This document shows, in pieces, positions 59,915-64,000 of a DNA stretch of 64,000 nt (position 1 is the stretch's first letter; every line of letters begins with the position of its first letter). The position numbers and the translations under genes are program-made. The notes under the pieces were generated by a model. That model saw only the letters and a list, made by a program, of their open reading frames with translations, did no database searches and was not told the origin of the DNA. The DNA lies in IMG/VR virus record IMGVR_UViG_3300042887_005053, positions 62,001 to 126,000 of that record; one strand, 5' to 3'.

Positions 59915-60842
59915 TATATTTAAATATCTTTTTAGATTTTATAAGTGAAAGTAAATTATTGATTTTCACATTTTTATTATCATGTATTACGTGAAGAATA
60001 TTTTTATATATTTTGTTATCTTTTTCACTTTTTATTTCTTTATCCATTAGTATCAAATATTGTCCAAAATTATTTTCAATTTTTGATTGAAAATAATCAA
60101 TTTTTGGATGAGATTTATATCTCCATAGATATCCTGCAGTTTGAAACCTTTCTCCCATACAAACTTGATTTATTTTAGATAGACTAATTTTATTATACAT
60201 TGATGCTTCTGTTAAGGATTTATATTCTGTTTGATTATTTAAATAATCAATTCTTGTAACAGGATACTGTTTTTTGTTTCTTATTCTTTCTTCAAATTTA
60301 TCTTCTTTATATAAAAATATAAATTTATTTTTCCATATTTTTATATCACCATTGCATATTTGACTAATAGTCTGTGGATGAGTATTATTCATCTCACCAG
60401 CCTCCTTTACTGATTTGTATTCTTCTATAAAATTACCATCTATATCATATTTAACCACTGGTCTATTTAACTTTTCTATGTAATCATTTTTGTGTTTATA
60501 TCCAATAAAAGTTTCACCACCCTTGGTATAATTTGTTAAAGGACCTGTTTTATCCACAATTCTACCTATTTCTCTTATTAGTTTTATTTCTATTTCTATA
60601 GCCTCTTCATTTGTGAGGTTATTTTGGATTTTTCTTATAATTGGTTCTATTCCTGCCTTTTGTATTTTTAATATCTTATTATTCTTTAGTGGATTCCATT
60701 CTTTAATTTTAAGATGTCTGAGATATCTTGATTTTTTGCCTTTACCAATATAAAATGGTTCATATTCTAATTTGTATCCATCATAGTTATATTGTCCTGG
60801 TTTTCTTGGATCCATATAGACATAGATATAATATTCATTCAT
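59883..60842 (-). CDS. GIY-YIG homing endonuclease with NUMOD1 repeats
   Basis: YYIYVY.DP...FYIGKG..R..H, E..LI...G...LTN; two YKS..EA...I.Q.C.G modules. Confidence 0.8.
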   Translation of the reverse strand: MNEYYIYVYMDPRKPGQYNYDGYKLEYEPFYIGKGKKSRYLRHLKIKEWNPLKNNKILKIQKAGIEPIIRKIQNNLTNEEAIEIEIKLIREIGRIVDKTGPLTNYTKGGETFIGYKHKNDYIEKLNRPVVKYDIDGNFIEEYKSVKEAGEMNNTHPQTISQICNGDIKIWKNKFIFLYKEDKFEERIRNKKQYPVTRIDYLNNQTEYKSLTEASMYNKISLSKINQVCMGERFQTAGYLWRYKSHPKIDYFQSKIENNFGQYLILMDKEIKSEKDNKIYKNILHVIHDNKNVKINNLLSLIKSKKIFKYNEHKSSKKLF

Positions 60843-60867
60843 AAAACTATATATTAAAAGTAAAGGT

Positions 60868-60967
60868 CACAAAGTGATTATCTTTTTCACCTTTGTAATT
60901 GATAGGAAAAACCATTCTATACATGATGGCTTTAGTTATAAAAATCTCTAACTTGTTTGATATTCAT
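60868..60967 (-). pseudogene. Decayed duplicate of the 5' end of the WYL-like gene
   Basis: MNIKQVRDFYN, then frameshifted KAIMYRMVFPINYKGEKDNHF, versus MNISQVKNYFN and KAIKYGMVFLINYKGEKDKRF. Confidence 0.8.
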
Positions 60968-60985
60968 ACTTAGAGTATATATAAA

Positions 60986-61017
60986 AAAAGTCAGACACAT
61001 TTCTGAATCTGACTTTT
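60986..61017 (-). terminator. Intrinsic terminator
   Basis: AAAAGTCAGA...TCTGACTTTT with T-tract on the minus strand. Confidence 0.7.
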
Positions 61018-61076
61018 AATTGAGCCCAACTGGATCTACCGGTTGTCCACCAATCTATTTTAAGTAAATAGATAAA

Positions 61077-61622
61077 CTATTTCTTTCTAAAAATTCTTAA
61101 ATATGTATCACTATCATTCCAGACAGAAAGTGGTTTTTTACTTGGTTCTATTTCTTCGTAAGTCTCAAAAGACATATTCTTTACATATTCGGCACCAACA
61201 TTTACTGGTTGAAAATCACAGTCATCAATAAATATTATACCATTTTGAATCATGAACTTTTGACAAAGTTCCCAATCATTAACAACTGCTTCTGGTGTAT
61301 GTAATCCATCGATAAATGTAAACGCTAATTTTAAATCAAAAACTGAATCTAAAAATTCTCTTGCTTCAAAGCTTTCTGATCCGGTTCTACAATGAAATAC
61401 ATTATCTAAGTGTTTAGTGTTATTGATGAAGATGTCATATTTGCTTGGTACACCTTGTTGTCTACCATCCCATGGATCAATTACAAAAACTCTCTTAAAG
61501 AATCTAGATAAATATTGGGTTGTTAATCCATCTAAAGCGCCAATCTCCAAACAGTCTAATTCGCTAAAAGTATCAAAGTATTTGTCTGACCACCTGACAG
61601 TATGTTCTGTAGTTTCAATCAT
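61077..61622 (-). CDS. Class I SAM-dependent methyltransferase (Methyltransf_24-like)
   Basis: LEIGALDG, FIDGLH, GIIFIDD. Confidence 0.8.
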   Translation of the reverse strand: MIETTEHTVRWSDKYFDTFSELDCLEIGALDGLTTQYLSRFFKRVFVIDPWDGRQQGVPSKYDIFINNTKHLDNVFHCRTGSESFEAREFLDSVFDLKLAFTFIDGLHTPEAVVNDWELCQKFMIQNGIIFIDDCDFQPVNVGAEYVKNMSFETYEEIEPSKKPLSVWNDSDTYLRIFRKK

Positions 61623-61679
61623 ATTAAAGTATTTTTTATTTTTATATTAAAAAAATTTATAGAGTTTAATATATAATGA

Positions 61680-61985
61680 ATGAAAATAATTAAAAAATTT
61701 GAAGCTTGGGCAGGATATCCAATACCGACTACTTCATTAGACAATGAATTAGAATACAAAAAGTGTAAAGATTGTGATTCGGTTTATCAAGTTTATAAGC
61801 CTAAGTCAATAAATTGTAAATATTGTGGATCAAAAGATTTATTAATGTTGAGTGAAGATGAGTTTTACAATGAACTAAAAAATAATATAGATCCAAAAGA
61901 GTACGAACTAGCTCTAAAACACAGAAGCAAGATCGCTAATACATTTATTGATTTATCTAAAGAAGAAGATGATTTTATTAATTAA
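61680..61985 (+). CDS. Zinc-ribbon protein
   Basis: CKDC...CKYCGS; leader MKIIKKFE. Confidence 0.65.
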   Translation: MKIIKKFEAWAGYPIPTTSLDNELEYKKCKDCDSVYQVYKPKSINCKYCGSKDLLMLSEDEFYNELKNNIDPKEYELALKHRSKIANTFIDLSKEEDDFIN

Positions 61986-61996
61986 TATATACAAAT

Positions 61997-62671
61997 ATGA
62001 GGAAAATTACAAATAGAGAAGAAGCTAATCAATACTACAAGCAAATAAATGAAGTAATTGATGAGTATATCAAGGATTGGAAGATTAGACCTACTGAAGT
62101 ATATCACTATTTCAAAAGAAATATGAATAGTTTTTTAGAAGAGATAGGGTTATCTGACGTGATTGGTATACATAAAGTAGTTGAAGATGTTTTAACTCAT
62201 AAGAGAAACATAGAATTAGATGCCGTTTTGACCTTTGAGAGTTTCAATTCATTGGATAAATTAGAATACGAGAAGGTTTTAGGTGACTTTTTTCAAGTAG
62301 GTTTAGGACATATAGACATAGTTGATTCTAATAATAATATTTTTAGGGTGAAAGACTTTGGTGAAAGTAAATTTGTTGCTTGTTATAGTAAATCAGACAT
62401 TTTAGACATTACCGAAGAAGTTGTTAATGAACTGATGGAGATTGCAGTTTCAAGAATGGTTTCTATTCCCACAGAAGAAATGTCGGTCAAATTCTTTATT
62501 GAAGACATAGTAGATAAGGATAAACTCCGAAATAAATTGATGAGTGAAGTTAAAACTGATATATTCAAACTTCTTGAGTACAGAATAAAGAAAAATGAGT
62601 CTATTCCTTTAAGTTCGAAGATTATTAAAAGAGAGGATTTAGGCAATTATCTCGTATTCTACTTCTGTTAG
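61997..62671 (+). CDS. Hypothetical protein
   Basis: 224-aa ORF; TAATATATA at 61983. Confidence 0.55.
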   Translation: MRKITNREEANQYYKQINEVIDEYIKDWKIRPTEVYHYFKRNMNSFLEEIGLSDVIGIHKVVEDVLTHKRNIELDAVLTFESFNSLDKLEYEKVLGDFFQVGLGHIDIVDSNNNIFRVKDFGESKFVACYSKSDILDITEEVVNELMEIAVSRMVSIPTEEMSVKFFIEDIVDKDKLRNKLMSEVKTDIFKLLEYRIKKNESIPLSSKIIKREDLGNYLVFYFC

Positions 62672-62804
62672 TTGGTTGGTCTTTCCTGTTATTTATTCAA
62701 CATCATGATATCTTCTACTATTATTTTTTGTGTTTTAATCTGTTCCTTTTTTTTTTAATCGGAGTTTTAAATTTTAATATATACTTTTAAAATTAATAGT
62801 ATTT

Positions 62805-63836
62805 ATGCCATCTATAGGTTTACCGGGTTCTGCAACATATGCTGTGACTTTGACAGGTATTGAGGAAATGCTTTCGGCCTTACCCGATAATAATGCTAAT
62901 GAGATTGCAGCTCGTGATGTTCGAGATGTAGTCTATACTTTATATGATGAGATTGTAGGTTTAAGTAATTCTGTGTCGAATTTTGATATTACTTATACTA
63001 ATACAGAACCTTCGTCTGCTGCGGTTGGTGGTATTACTCAAGGTGTTGCTTTTGTAAATCGTACTATACAACAAATGTTTGATGATATGTTTTACCCTTA
63101 TGTTCCACCAGTTACTGTTTTTTCTGTATCTCCTTCGATCATTGAATTTGGTGATAGTGTAACTAGAGTTAGTTCTAACTGGACAATTCAGGCAAAAAAG
63201 AATAATATAGTAACCGCAATTATTACTAGACCTTTTAATGTACCTACTACTGAAACAGTTGTTACTCCTTTAGCAAATACTACAGCTACTGCAATTTTGA
63301 CAAATGGTATTCCACAATTGAATACTACTACGACTTTTCAATTTGATGTTAATGATGGTTCGCAAACTATAAATAAATCTGCTAACATAACTTGGGGTTC
63401 CAAAAAGTACTATGGTACAATTGATTTGTTTACCCTAACAGGGTATGACGGTTTTGTTTTAACACCAAAACTAAATTTAACATTGTATCCACTTATATCT
63501 AACGCAGGTATATCTGCCTCAGTTAATTCTGTTATTACTAATACTTCGATTTTGAATTTAGAATATAACACATTATCTTCTGGGCCAGCTCTTGCAGAGA
63601 CTAACATCCCAACTTTGAACAATACTTTCATGATGTTTGCTTGGCCAACTACTGCACAGAACATAAACTTCTTTGTTGGTGCAGGTTCTCAGTTACCAGA
63701 TACAGCTTTCACAAAAGTAAGATCTAATTGGAGTGGTATGACTAATTCATTTGGATATGACGGTACGAATTACGATGTATGGGTTTCGAATATCTCTTAC
63801 CCTAGCGCAACAAAAATAAGAATTACAGTAGGATAA
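62805..63836 (+). CDS. Putative virion structural protein with Ig-like beta-rich domain
   Basis: T/N-rich beta pattern; LPDN..EI.ARDVRD N-terminus; TAATATATA at 62775. Confidence 0.55.
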   Translation: MPSIGLPGSATYAVTLTGIEEMLSALPDNNANEIAARDVRDVVYTLYDEIVGLSNSVSNFDITYTNTEPSSAAVGGITQGVAFVNRTIQQMFDDMFYPYVPPVTVFSVSPSIIEFGDSVTRVSSNWTIQAKKNNIVTAIITRPFNVPTTETVVTPLANTTATAILTNGIPQLNTTTTFQFDVNDGSQTINKSANITWGSKKYYGTIDLFTLTGYDGFVLTPKLNLTLYPLISNAGISASVNSVITNTSILNLEYNTLSSGPALAETNIPTLNNTFMMFAWPTTAQNINFFVGAGSQLPDTAFTKVRSNWSGMTNSFGYDGTNYDVWVSNISYPSATKIRITVG

Positions 63837-63837
63837 T

Positions 63838-64000
63838 ATGGCACAAAACATAGGTACATTAGTAGGTTCAGCAATAAGACCAATTTATGATGATTTAGCT
63901 ATTGCTTCGGCATATAGTAATGAATTAAAAGGTGGTCATCATGTTTATGCAACACATGCAGAAATGGAACTAATTATTGAACCAAGAAGAGATTGGGGAA
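63838..64000 (+). CDS. Start of a probable tail-fiber/structural protein (truncated by window)
   Basis: MAQNIGTLVGSAIRP...ELKGGHH...RRDWG, open to window end. Confidence 0.55.
   Translation, partial: MAQNIGTLVGSAIRPIYDDLAIASAYSNELKGGHHVYATHAEMELIIEPRRDWG

Noticed and set aside
2513-63664. Numerous short antisense or nested ORFs in the track (e.g. 2513, 11388, 37887, 41586, 54548)
   Set aside because: They lie within or mostly overlap well-supported genes and have no motifs of their own
1-64000. Alternative genetic code (TAG/TGA reassignment) as in some jumbo phages
   Set aside because: Conserved genes are full length in code 11, and TAG ends several ORFs at sensible positions
1-64000. Bacterial chromosome origin suggested by carAB, purB, clpP and ppk2
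   Set aside because: These genes are interspersed with T4-like baseplate, primase, UvsW and polB genes and share the phage promoter motifs
1-64000. CRISPR arrays, tRNA or rRNA genes, IS elements
   Set aside because: None recognised by eye; intergenic gaps are short, and the repeats seen are coding. tRNAscan was not run

Overview
AT-rich, densely packed segment that reads best as a large T4-like (myovirus-type) jumbo phage genome in the standard genetic code. The host is probably Bacteroidota: there is a T9SS C-terminal sorting domain, a perfect TTTG-N19-TAnnTTTG promoter and an Hc1-like protein. The window holds nucleotide and metabolic auxiliary genes (gmk fragment, carA, carB, purB, ppk2, a PLP aminotransferase, clpP, a J-domain protein), a baseplate module (gp53-like, hub fused to GH19, gp5 OB-fold), replication and recombination genes (UvsW, UvsY, primase, putative clamp, C-terminal subunit of a split family-B DNA polymerase) and several free-standing homing-type endonucleases. 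Top findings: (1) a 44-nt hairpin-containing coding gap with matched GCT take-off and landing codons interrupts motif B of the polymerase, next to an HNH endonuclease, which resembles the T4 gene 60/mobA translational-bypass cassette; (2) an 8-gene exported-protein operon encodes a T9SS cohesin/dockerin protein, two CsgG-fold paralogs, an N/Q/S-rich protein, a nested lectin and an HExxH peptidase; (3) many genes share a T4 capsid-targeting-like N-terminal tag, including enzymes such as PPK2; (4) two distinct phage promoter motifs recur; (5) a decayed duplicate gene start marks a GIY-YIG invasion. All calls come from reading motifs by eye; no database searches were run.
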